Below, piece by piece: positions 1 to 8,618 of a stretch of DNA of 58,250 bases (position 1 is its first letter; every line of letters begins with the position of its first letter). The stretch covers positions 1-58,250 of the forward strand of contig CAWVXU010000007.1 in assembly GCA_963934255.1 (NCBI GenBank), in the 5' to 3' direction. A program made the translations under genes and the position numbers. A model generated the notes under the pieces. The model was given only the letters and a program-made list of their open reading frames with translations. It was not told where the DNA came from and searched no databases. Origin of the DNA: an uncultured Fibrobacterales bacterium (lineage in GTDB: Bacteria; Fibrobacterota; Fibrobacteria; Fibrobacterales; CAWVXU01).

Positions 1-1160
1 GCATCAATAACATTATTATGACCATGACCAGATTCCTTCCAACATTTTTGGTACCTTCGTCCAAATTTAAACCCACCATGACACGATTTGTATGCTTTAG
101 AATCAGGAGTTATAACCCCCTCTTCTATCCCTGCAATAGCTGTAAAAAACTTGAATAAAGACCCAGGTGGATAAGTACCTACTGTTGGCCTATTCCAAAA
201 AGGCATATTGCTATCAAGCGCAACATTAGCCCACTCTTTTTTGCGAGATTTTTTATCAAGAGAGAAAATATTTGGGTCAATATTGGGTCGTGATACCATG
301 GCTAAAATTTCACCATTTCTCGGGTCAATAGCAACTAACCCACCTTTTAATGAATCAGCGAAGGCACTCTCAGCAGCTAGCTGGAGATCTAAATCAAGTG
401 TAGTAACTAAGTCTAGACCGGATTCTGGATCCATATTGGGCATATCCTCAAGGACCCCTAGACGTTTGCCATAAGCATTAACCTCAAGGTGTAATATCCC
501 ATCAACTCCCCGAAAATCAGATTGATAAACCCTTTCAATCCCTTTTCGACCCACTCGATCGCCCATTTTATATGATTCAAATTGGTCTTTTTTAAGATCT
601 TCCTTACTAAGTTCTCCAGTATATCCTAAAGTATGCGCTGCAATTGTACCAAAAGGGTACTCTCTTCTTGCTTCAACGACTTTAACAACGCCTTTTAATT
701 CGTGCATACGTTCTTCAATTAAGGAGATTACATTCATGGAAGCATCTTCAAGAATACGCAATGGCTGAAATTTCCGCCATTTTGACTGCTCTAATCGAAA
801 TGCTACATGACTTGAGTCAAAAACAGGGTGGCCTTGAGAATCGACAATAGCAGCGATCTTGGCAAGAAACTCTTTTTTATTTTTAATTTCATTACCAACT
901 AAGGCAACATGGAAAGACGGGCGATTTCTTACAAGTACTTCACCTGTTCGGTCTAATATCGTTCCTCGAGAAGCTTTTTGGACTTGTTTTCGGATGCGGT
1001 TGGATTGAGATCTAAGTTCATTTTCTTCAAAATTGATTACTTGAACGTAAAATAACCTTGAAATCAACAAGAAAATAGCAAAACCAAAGGCTAGAGTTAA
1101 AAATAAACTTTGTTTATTTATGTCTTGTAGGTCTATTTTGTTGTTATTTGACTTCGACAC
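1..1160 (-). CDS. mrdA: Penicillin-binding protein 2 (5' part; runs off the window edge; absent from ORF track)
   Basis: GTG at 1160 immediately after the mreD stop. My translation gives MSKSNNKIDLQ..., a TM helix, RGTILDRTGEVL (PBP dimerisation domain) and in-frame GTYPPGSLFK (SxxK) at ~150-179. Follows mreBCD. Confidence 0.93.
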   Translation of the reverse strand, partial: MSKSNNNKIDLQDINKQSLFLTLAFGFAIFLLISRLFYVQVINFEENELRSQSNRIRKQVQKASRGTILDRTGEVLVRNRPSFHVALVGNEIKNKKEFLAKIAAIVDSQGHPVFDSSHVAFRLEQSKWRKFQPLRILEDASMNVISLIEERMHELKGVVKVVEARREYPFGTIAAHTLGYTGELSKEDLKKDQFESYKMGDRVGRKGIERVYQSDFRGVDGILHLEVNAYGKRLGVLEDMPNMDPESGLDLVTTLDLDLQLAAESAFADSLKGGLVAIDPRNGEILAMVSRPNIDPNIFSLDKKSRKKEWANVALDSNMPFWNRPTVGTYPPGSLFKFFTAIAGIEEGVITPDSKAYKSCHGGFKFGRRYQKCWKESGHGHNNVID

Positions 1161-1634
1161 TTATGCATCGACTTTTCTAGAGTAGAGATTGAATATAATT
1201 GTTGAGATTAAAATTGTGTATATGGCTTCAGGGATGGTAGATTGAATCATGGCCTCACGTATTGAGGATGAATCCATACCAATCAATAGATTATATAAGA
1301 GGTCATGCAAGAAAAAGCAAATTCCTAAAATAATGACTTTTGTTGACCAATCAAGACGAATGACATGATCGTCAGCAAGGCCCACAAAGTAACCCATACT
1401 TGACTTCACTAACATCCCGGCTCCCAAAAATTGAGGATAAGCATAAACATCAAAAACCAAACCAACAAAAAAACCTGACAAAAGTCCTGCAAAAGGGCCA
1501 TATGTAAGTCCGGTCCACACGATAAAAATCAAACTAAGATCGGGCGCAATCTCATGAAATTCAAATAACTTCATGAGTGTTGTTTGAAAAATTAGCGTGA
1601 TTGTTCCCACCAGTAAAAGATAAAAGGCTATCAT
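1161..1634 (-). CDS. mreD: Rod shape-determining protein MreD
   Basis: Hydrophobic 157 aa with PDLSLI and GFFVGLVFD motifs; lies between mreC and mrdA; ATGA overlap with mreC. Confidence 0.88.
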   Translation of the reverse strand: MIAFYLLLVGTITLIFQTTLMKLFEFHEIAPDLSLIFIVWTGLTYGPFAGLLSGFFVGLVFDVYAYPQFLGAGMLVKSSMGYFVGLADDHVIRLDWSTKVIILGICFFLHDLLYNLLIGMDSSSIREAMIQSTIPEAIYTILISTIIFNLYSRKVDA

Positions 1635-2452
1635 TTATCTATCTCCACAGTCCACGATGTTTTACTTTTTAAAATAAACATTTCTTCAAGATATGCCGGG
1701 TTTTGAAACGGAATAACAATTGCCCGTTTAAGAACCTCTAGATCTGATTTCTCCCAAGAGTGAAGTTTCCCAATTTGAATACCTTTAGGGAAAATACCAC
1801 CAAAGCCAGAACTCACCAAGGTATCACCCAATGAAACTTCAGAATGAACAGGGAATTCAATTTCTAGACTAATGCCGTTTCTTGACTCTAAGATACCAAT
1901 GTTTCGTGTTGAGTTTTCAATTGAAGAAACTTTAGATGCAGGGTCATTTAAAAACTGAACAAAGGCATGGTTATACATTACTTTTGAAATTTTTCCTACT
2001 AAACCTTGTGGAGTAAAGACAGGCATATTGACTTCAATACCATCAATTTCACCCCGATTAATCATACATGAAGAATTTATTCTTCCAGGAGACCTCGATA
2101 CTACCTGAGCAACCAAAACTGGAAAATCTTCATGTTTTGGAAACTTTAAATACTCGCGTAAACGAAGGTTTTCTTTGGCAGACTGTCTATAAGAGTCAAT
2201 TTTTAAACGAAGTTCAGCATTTTCTTCTAGTAAACGGCTATTTTCATTATCTAGAGATTTGAGCTCATCCACCCACATAATCGTACTCTGAACCGGATAA
2301 AGCAAAGTAGATGTCATCACCTGAATGAATGTTCCCTTTGAACTTGAATCACTTTGCAAAAGCACTAGACTGAAAATTAGACAAAATAAGAAACTAAGAA
2401 CAGAACGTCCCCACTGCATCACCCCAAGAATGAGAATGAAGAAACGATTCAT
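1631..2452 (-). CDS. mreC: Rod shape-determining protein MreC
   Basis: N-terminal TM, coiled coil (ENxRL), INRGxxDG, GLVGKI and SSGFGGIFPKGI motifs. Confidence 0.95.
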   Translation of the reverse strand: MNRFFILILGVMQWGRSVLSFLFCLIFSLVLLQSDSSSKGTFIQVMTSTLLYPVQSTIMWVDELKSLDNENSRLLEENAELRLKIDSYRQSAKENLRLREYLKFPKHEDFPVLVAQVVSRSPGRINSSCMINRGEIDGIEVNMPVFTPQGLVGKISKVMYNHAFVQFLNDPASKVSSIENSTRNIGILESRNGISLEIEFPVHSEVSLGDTLVSSGFGGIFPKGIQIGKLHSWEKSDLEVLKRAIVIPFQNPAYLEEMFILKSKTSWTVEIDK

Positions 2453-2464
2453 TTATATTATTTC

Positions 2465-3490
2465 CTAAGTTGAGGTCGTCGGCATGAGGACTTTGCGATA
2501 TTTATCCAGATCTTCTAAAATTCTAGCAGTTCCTTTACAAACGCAAATAAGTGGGTCATCAATTAAATTAACCGGCAGGTTAGTTTCTTGACGAAGTCGT
2601 TCATCAAGCCCACGCAGTTGTGAACCACCACCAGTCATAATAATCCCCTTTTCAAGGATATCAGCTGATAATTCAGGGGGGGTAATTTCTAATGCCTGCT
2701 TAACGGCTTCAACAATAGCGGTCACTGGTTCATTGAGTGCCTCACGAATTTCAACGGATGAAATAGTCATAGTCCGAGGCATACCAGCAGAGGTATCGCG
2801 TCCTTTAACTTGCATTTCAAGTTCAGCTTCAAGTGGGTAAGCTGAACCCACTTGAAATTTGATGTTTTCGGCCATTGACTCACCCACAAGCAGATTGTAT
2901 GTACGTTTGAGGTATTGAAGAATAGCTTCGTCCATTTCATCACCACCGACCCGCACGGAAGTATCACAGACAATCCCGCATAGAGCAATAACAGCAATCT
3001 CAGACGTGCCGCCACCAATATCAATCACCATATTGCCAGAAGGGTCTTCAACGGGGATACCCATACCAATTGCAGCAGCCATAGGCTCAGCAACCAAGTA
3101 GACTTCTTTGGCACCTGCTTCACGAGCTGCGTCAATAACAGCGCGTTTTTCAACTTCTGTTATACCTGAAGGAACACCAACAACGATTCTTGGTCTTAAC
3201 CAAAAAAGAGGGTATTTCATCACGCGACGAATAAAATGTGTCAACATTTGTTCAACTAAGCTAAAGTCAGCGATAACGCCGTCTTTCATTGGACGTACTG
3301 CCGATATTTCACCAGGAGTCCGGCCAAGCATCTTTTTTGCCTCTGCACCATAATAAACTGCTTTATCGGTACGTCGATCCGACGCAACAACAGATGGTTC
3401 GTTAATAACGATACCTTTACCTGCAAGATGAACTAATGTATTTGCCGTACCAAGGTCTATTCCAATATCACTCTTGAATAATCCAAACAC
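2465..3490 (-). CDS. mreB: Actin-like rod shape-determining protein MreB
   Basis: IGIDLGTANT, EPMAAAIG, DIGGGTSE and TGGGSQL motifs; GTG start with GAGG 6 nt upstream. Confidence 0.98.
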   Translation of the reverse strand: MFGLFKSDIGIDLGTANTLVHLAGKGIVINEPSVVASDRRTDKAVYYGAEAKKMLGRTPGEISAVRPMKDGVIADFSLVEQMLTHFIRRVMKYPLFWLRPRIVVGVPSGITEVEKRAVIDAAREAGAKEVYLVAEPMAAAIGMGIPVEDPSGNMVIDIGGGTSEIAVIALCGIVCDTSVRVGGDEMDEAILQYLKRTYNLLVGESMAENIKFQVGSAYPLEAELEMQVKGRDTSAGMPRTMTISSVEIREALNEPVTAIVEAVKQALEITPPELSADILEKGIIMTGGGSQLRGLDERLRQETNLPVNLIDDPLICVCKGTARILEDLDKYRKVLMPTTST

Positions 3491-3539
3491 TCATGGCCTC
3501 ACTTCATCTTTAATTAAATTTTTCTGTGTGTAAAATGTA

Positions 3540-3941
3540 TTAATCCTTAGGCGCCTCGTGAAGAAGTTTTTTATAGTATCGGTCCCAAAAATTATTTTGA
3601 ACCTGATATCTATACTTTCTCTCCTGTACAATGGCTATATCTTTGAAATAATAGTACTTCACTTTTGCGTAGGCCGAAAATACTCGAGCTGTATCACCTT
3701 CAAAATATCGTAAATCTTCTAAAACATAATAGGGTTTTTCAAGAAGATGTTTTTTTCCTGTTCCACGCATTACTTCGCCGACAATCCATTTCAAGTCATC
3801 TTGTAATGTAAAATCTAGTTTTTCTTCCAATTCAATCTGACTTTCGCCACAGGCTGATAAAAAAAGAAGTAAACAGAACGGAAATAGAACAAAAAAGAAC
3901 CGATAATTATCGGTTCTTTTTTTCAAACTTAAGCTTTTCAT
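3540..3941 (-). CDS. Hypothetical lipoprotein
   Basis: Basic N-terminus, hydrophobic stretch and lipobox LSA-C; no recognisable domain. Confidence 0.65.
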   Translation of the reverse strand: MKSLSLKKRTDNYRFFFVLFPFCLLLFLSACGESQIELEEKLDFTLQDDLKWIVGEVMRGTGKKHLLEKPYYVLEDLRYFEGDTARVFSAYAKVKYYYFKDIAIVQERKYRYQVQNNFWDRYYKKLLHEAPKD

Positions 3942-4008
3942 ATTTCTCCTTGAGACATACCCACTAAATTACAAAGGATACCTAGTCAAAGTTGAAAAAT
4001 TTCATCTA

Positions 4009-5334
4009 CTAAAACGAATAACTAGCTGACACTCTTGACAACCAACGACCGCCGCCCTGAAATGGATTTCTGAATATAAGGTCTTCAGAAACAACAGCAT
4101 CTACTTTCAATTTTTCTTCAATATTGATGCCAAATCCAAATCCAATGTGGTCGCCTTGTGTTTGGTCTCCAACAGGATTTGTACTGAAATGCGCTCCACT
4201 TTCACCGCAAAGTGCAGACACACCATTAATTTCAGAAGTATCGTCACCTATTTCACAAGTTTTCCAAAGAATTTCTTTTTGACCACCAACACGGATAACG
4301 AACCAGTCATACCAAATATTGCGTTCGATACCAAAAGAAATACGACCACCTGTTTCTTCTTGACGATCACGACCAACACTTTTAGACCCAGTTTGGTTTT
4401 CAATAACAATATCGGTGGCATATGTTGTATCAGCTCCATCAATCGCAACGACTAATGAGTCCATCCCAGCTAAAAGCTTTGCTGATTGCTTGCGGTATAT
4501 CCCCTCAAGACCTAACCAAAAGAATCCACGATCAAGTGATACATTGACACCCATACCAGCTTGACCATCAAAAATTTTCCTTTCACCCGCTTCAACATAT
4601 TCAAAAGAGGCTGCAGGAACTAGTTCACCGTTAATGGCTTCAATTGTTGAGAACATGCGTCCACCACCAAAGAATGAAAGGTTACCACTAAATGGATTTG
4701 AATCGGATTCACCATATGCTATGCGGCCAAGACCACCATGTATTTCAAGATCAATATCCTCATCATATTGATAATTTATACCAGCATCTAGTTTTAGAAT
4801 CTGAGCAAATGCTCTTGAGTCAAGATTACCATAATTATCTATACCATCTTGAATACCTGCATACACGTGCACACCAAGTAGATTGCCTTCTTCGTCAGAT
4901 GCACCTAGGAAGCCATCAAAATTTGTGATTGGAGTCGGGACGCTTACGATACTATCACCTACTAGTTGATCATCAACTAGTACAGCTTGAGGTAGGTATT
5001 TAAACCATTCGTCTTGGCGATTGAATGCGCCAGCTATTGAAACCTTTGGATCAAGCCCCATATCTTCACCCAATCCCATAGAGAAAATCCCACCAAACCA
5101 AGGTGATTGAGGATCTCTATTTTCACCTGGCTTTATATCATTTTCAAGATAGTTACCCATTTCACCAATTAAATAGTTCGGATAGATGCCGATATTAGCC
5201 GGGTTATCAAAAATGCTCATGTCATCCATAATAAATGTGGCATTTTTACCCATTGCTTCAATTCTTGCATTAGTAGCATAAACAGCACAAGCACTAAAAA
5301 TTAGCACTGTAATTAAAACCTTTTTCAAACTCAT
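4009..5334 (-). CDS. Putative outer-membrane beta-barrel protein
   Basis: Start moved to ATG 5334 (AGGAG 7 nt upstream). Signal peptide, many alternating Gly/aromatic beta-strands, C-terminal SRVSASYSF (BAM-type terminal Phe). Confidence 0.75.
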   Translation of the reverse strand: MSLKKVLITVLIFSACAVYATNARIEAMGKNATFIMDDMSIFDNPANIGIYPNYLIGEMGNYLENDIKPGENRDPQSPWFGGIFSMGLGEDMGLDPKVSIAGAFNRQDEWFKYLPQAVLVDDQLVGDSIVSVPTPITNFDGFLGASDEEGNLLGVHVYAGIQDGIDNYGNLDSRAFAQILKLDAGINYQYDEDIDLEIHGGLGRIAYGESDSNPFSGNLSFFGGGRMFSTIEAINGELVPAASFEYVEAGERKIFDGQAGMGVNVSLDRGFFWLGLEGIYRKQSAKLLAGMDSLVVAIDGADTTYATDIVIENQTGSKSVGRDRQEETGGRISFGIERNIWYDWFVIRVGGQKEILWKTCEIGDDTSEINGVSALCGESGAHFSTNPVGDQTQGDHIGFGFGINIEEKLKVDAVVSEDLIFRNPFQGGGRWLSRVSASYSF

Positions 5335-5447
5335 CATCAAGCTCCTATAACATAAATTGCTTATTACCACAATGAAATTACATTAAAAACAAGGTTTTCA
5401 CAGAGGAAATTCTCATTTTTCAGGGACTTTTTTGATAAGTAAAATCG

Positions 5448-5480
5448 AAAAAAAAGGTTGCTTCTATTGAAGCAACCTTT
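5448..5480 (-). terminator. Rho-independent terminator after the TonB-like gene
   Basis: Perfect stem AAAGGTTGCTTC / GAAGCAACCTTT with TATT loop; A-run 5448-5455 is the U-tract on the minus strand. Confidence 0.85.
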
Positions 5481-5508
5481 AATTCATTTTGGTTTCAGAT
5501 GTAAGAAT

Positions 5509-6468
5509 CTATTCAGTAAATGTGAACGGAATCGTTACAGTTGTATTACCAGATTTTATTTTTGCAAATTTCCACCTGCGGACTTTCTTCATAACAGCCG
5601 AATCAAATCCAGCTACTCCAGTTGTTGAGGCAGCTTTCTTGATTTTGATTACTTTTCCCGACGGAGAAATAGTGAATCTCAAAGTAACTTTTCCAGCAAA
5701 TCCTGGGTTGGATTTAAGAAATTTGTTATAAATATGTCGTAAACCTGGTGTACGAGCTCTGACAACACGCATGATTTCAGTTTTAGAGCGAGTACCGCCA
5801 CCAGAACCCATATCAATATCACGCGCTGATGGAGGACGAATCTTACCTTTTGCTGATGTAGATATTGCACCACCACCACCGCCTAGTAAAGAGCTAAGTC
5901 CAATGCCACCAGATCCACCTTCAGCATAACCTGAATTGAATGAACCATTAGTCGCACCACGACGTCCACCGACTTTTGTTTTACCTGTTTTCTGAAGACC
6001 AGCTACATTGTCAAGGACTTTTGCAAGGTCCTTAGCAAACTTTTGATCCTTCATAAGAGAATATGCTGAGAATCCAGACTTTGAAGTCTTAGTAGTAAGC
6101 ATCTTAAGAACACCACGTGTTTGAGGAGCATTCGGGGTACCTTTACCACGCTGCTTACCACCACCACCTTTTTTCTTACGCTTCTTTTCAGCCTTCTTTT
6201 TCTTTTTCTTTTTCTCTTCTTTTTTCTCTTCCATTTTCATGGAAGCAGTTAGCTCTTCACCCTCTGCATCTTCAAACATAATCTCGTCTACGACAAGCTC
6301 CATTGTAGATAACCAGAATGCGAATGCTAAAGCTAAAACCATTGCAATACCTGCAGAATTACGAACTCGTTCGTCAGTCTCAGGTAAAAGTGAGTCCGTG
6401 AAACGGTCCACTTTTTTATTTGGTTTAGCCCCTGCTTTTACTTGATTTTGTTTTGCTTTATCAGCCAT
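5509..6468 (-). CDS. TonB-like energy transducer with AgmX/PglI (GltG-like) C-terminal domain
   Basis: Single TM, Lys/Gly-rich linker, C-terminal IMRVVRARTPGLRHIYNKFLK...GKVTLRFTISPSGKV...WKF...VTIPFTF; last gene of an exbB-exbD-exbD cassette. Confidence 0.8.
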   Translation of the reverse strand: MADKAKQNQVKAGAKPNKKVDRFTDSLLPETDERVRNSAGIAMVLALAFAFWLSTMELVVDEIMFEDAEGEELTASMKMEEKKEEKKKKKKKAEKKRKKKGGGGKQRGKGTPNAPQTRGVLKMLTTKTSKSGFSAYSLMKDQKFAKDLAKVLDNVAGLQKTGKTKVGGRRGATNGSFNSGYAEGGSGGIGLSSLLGGGGGAISTSAKGKIRPPSARDIDMGSGGGTRSKTEIMRVVRARTPGLRHIYNKFLKSNPGFAGKVTLRFTISPSGKVIKIKKAASTTGVAGFDSAVMKKVRRWKFAKIKSGNTTVTIPFTFTE

Positions 6469-6479
6469 AAATTATCCCC

Positions 6480-6971
6480 TTACCCTGCTAAGCGCTGCAT
6501 AACAGCAAATGCGATATTACCATAACCTGATGCGCCACATGTAGCCATCACTTTATACATAACATCATAAGGAATGTTTTTATCAATTTGAACGATTACT
6601 TTACCAGATTCTGTAGCATCTTCACCACGAGCCATTAAAGCTTTCTTTTCTTCTTCACGTTTTTCTTCTAAAAGTGTAGCCATAGGTCCCACTCTTAATG
6701 AATCTTGTGCAATAACTTCAGCAGTTTTAACAACTGGAATATTATCTACTAAGATACCTTCATTGTCCACAACAACCGTTAACATAATTTCTTTTACAGT
6801 CTTTTTAGAAGCTGAATTCGGAAGTTTTAAGTTATCGGCCATAGTCAAGAGGTTACCCTCTGATTCGAAATTTTTCAAAAGAAATACTAGAACAATAGTC
6901 AATACGTCCATCAAAGAGGTGATGTTCAAATTAGCGTCGCCATCACCATAACTGCGGGATTTTTTTGCCAT
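6480..6971 (-). CDS. ExbD/TolR family protein (AglS-like)
   Basis: LNITSLMDVLTIVLVFLLK TM with conserved Asp; C-terminal DKNIPYDVMYKVMAT motif. Confidence 0.88.
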   Translation of the reverse strand: MAKKSRSYGDGDANLNITSLMDVLTIVLVFLLKNFESEGNLLTMADNLKLPNSASKKTVKEIMLTVVVDNEGILVDNIPVVKTAEVIAQDSLRVGPMATLLEEKREEEKKALMARGEDATESGKVIVQIDKNIPYDVMYKVMATCGASGYGNIAFAVMQRLAG

Positions 6972-6972
6972 T

Positions 6973-7779
6973 TTAGCCTCCTAATTTCGCGAGTTGAATA
7001 TTCCAAAAACCAGCACCACGTGCCACATCCATCGTTTGAATTACTTTATCAAAGTAAATCTTGTCATCGGCAAGAATAATAATATTATCCGCGTCTGGCA
7101 TGTCTATGAACTTATTGTGCAGGTTTATCAAAGTCTTTGCAAGCTCATCATAAGCACTACGATAATCTCCCTTAGTCTTCTCAAATTGTTCTGCATCAAG
7201 AGTCCTAGATGAATTTTCACCTAAAGTACTGATTTTCACACCTGGTTTAAGTTCACTTTTTAACAGTACAAAGTTCATGTTACCATCAACAATTGCTGAA
7301 TCATTCGAGTTGTATACCGCTTTCAACAGCGTGCCAGGGTCATCTTTTGAAGTCCTAGCAAGTGAATACATGTGAATTTCTTCGCGGTCATATATAGTGG
7401 CTTCTTGACCACCAATACACAATACGGGTTTTTTCACATAATCACTAGACATTACACGAAAAGACTCTTCCTCACCTTTACAACGGTAAGTTATGAATTC
7501 TTTCGCAAATACGGCTGGCAATGAGCCACCACGAGCCCAAATTTGAAAGGCGTCATCTGTAATTGCCACTGTTAGAGACAGAGATTGATCATCTGGCTCT
7601 GGAGGCGGTTGATCCATATTCATTTCAGATCTCTCGGGCATGTTTACTTCTACAATCGCAAGTTTCTGAAAAACAGCTACTGAAAGAAGAAACGGAATAA
7701 GAATTGAGAACAGGTTCATCACCGGCATCAAGTCTAGGTCCGCGTTTTCCGCCTTCGCCTTATGCTTATCTTTAGACAT
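6973..7779 (-). CDS. ExbD/TolR family protein with large internal insertion (AglQ-like)
   Basis: LDLMPVMNLFSILIPFLL TM; C-terminal IIILADDKIYFDKVIQTMDVARGAGF; 268 aa, about twice the usual size. Confidence 0.82.
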   Translation of the reverse strand: MSKDKHKAKAENADLDLMPVMNLFSILIPFLLSVAVFQKLAIVEVNMPERSEMNMDQPPPEPDDQSLSLTVAITDDAFQIWARGGSLPAVFAKEFITYRCKGEEESFRVMSSDYVKKPVLCIGGQEATIYDREEIHMYSLARTSKDDPGTLLKAVYNSNDSAIVDGNMNFVLLKSELKPGVKISTLGENSSRTLDAEQFEKTKGDYRSAYDELAKTLINLHNKFIDMPDADNIIILADDKIYFDKVIQTMDVARGAGFWNIQLAKLGG

Positions 7780-7808
7780 ATTTTTTAATCCTCGGTTAAG
7801 TTAATGAA

Positions 7809-8426
7809 TTATAAAAGGTTCATTACTTTCAAAGATTTTTCTTCCATCTCTTCAATCAAGCGAGTAGATTGCATCGTGAAGTAACCATTGGCAGCAAGTA
7901 GTGGTACAGCCACAACTAGACCCATAAATGTAGTTCCCATCGCAACTGCAATACCATCAGCAAGTGCTGCTGGACGCTCAGCTGCAGGTAAATTAGCTAC
8001 CGCATCAAATGATAAAATAAGACCAAAAATAGTACCTAGAAGACCTGTTAGTGTTGCAAGGTTAGCTAGTGTTACCATGATTGAAAGGTAACGATTTACA
8101 CGAGGAGCTTCAGTTAAGAAAACTTCGTCTGTTGCACGTTCCATCATTTCACGGCCACCGTCGCGATTTGAAAGTACAGCATAAAGACATTTAGCAAGAG
8201 GCAGGTCAGATGATTTTGCAAAGTTTTCTGCATCAGCAATCTTTTCTGCTTTAAGAAGACCAGCAATTGAGTTCATAAACTCTTTACGACCTTTACTTGA
8301 TTTTATCATAATTTTAATAAAGCGTTCAATTCCAAGTCCAAGAGCTGCTCCACCTAGAATCGAAATGATCCACATGAATTGCCAACCGGCTTCGCCAATA
8401 GTAAAACCTTCAATTAATTTACCCAT
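7809..8426 (-). CDS. MotA/TolQ/ExbB proton channel protein (AglR-like)
   Basis: ATLTGLLGTIFGLILSF and GIAVAMGTTFMGLVVAVP motifs; AAGGAG RBS. Confidence 0.93.
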   Translation of the reverse strand: MGKLIEGFTIGEAGWQFMWIISILGGAALGLGIERFIKIMIKSSKGRKEFMNSIAGLLKAEKIADAENFAKSSDLPLAKCLYAVLSNRDGGREMMERATDEVFLTEAPRVNRYLSIMVTLANLATLTGLLGTIFGLILSFDAVANLPAAERPAALADGIAVAMGTTFMGLVVAVPLLAANGYFTMQSTRLIEEMEEKSLKVMNLL

Positions 8427-8449
8427 TTTATTTCTCCTTATTACAACGG

Positions 8450-8497
8450 TTGTTTATTTAAAAACTGTTTGTTTATTTAAAAACTGTTTGTTTATTT
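8450..8497. repeat. Tandem repeat, about 2.5 copies of a 19-bp unit TGTTTATTTAAAAACTGTT
   Basis: Units at 8451-8469 and 8470-8488 plus partial 8489-8497; contains the interrupted palindrome AAACTGTTT twice. Confidence 0.92.
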
Positions 8498-8509
8498 CGT
8501 TACCCCTAC

Positions 8510-8515
8510 ATTATA
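8510..8515 (-). promoter_or_regulatory. Putative -10 element (TATAAT) of the exbB-exbD-exbD-tonB-like operon
   Basis: Perfect TATAAT on the minus strand 83 nt upstream of the ATG; no canonical -35 seen. Confidence 0.5.
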
Positions 8516-8618
8516 TATAGAAGTTGCAGAAAACGATTCCGAAATTAATGTAAAATATATCTTTACCAAATCAAAACAATTTTATCAAAAGTTTTGTATT
8601 TATTTTTTTAGCAGTTGC

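Noticed and set aside
3468..3494. Out-of-frame ATG 4 nt upstream of the mreB GTG (8-codon mini-ORF; could suggest a frameshift)
   Set aside because: GAGG is only 2 nt from the ATG but 6 nt from the GTG, and the GTG-started MreB is complete.
8450..8497. Tandem repeat as a CRISPR array
   Set aside because: Units abut with no spacers, are only 19 bp, and no cas genes are present; kept as a regulatory repeat candidate.
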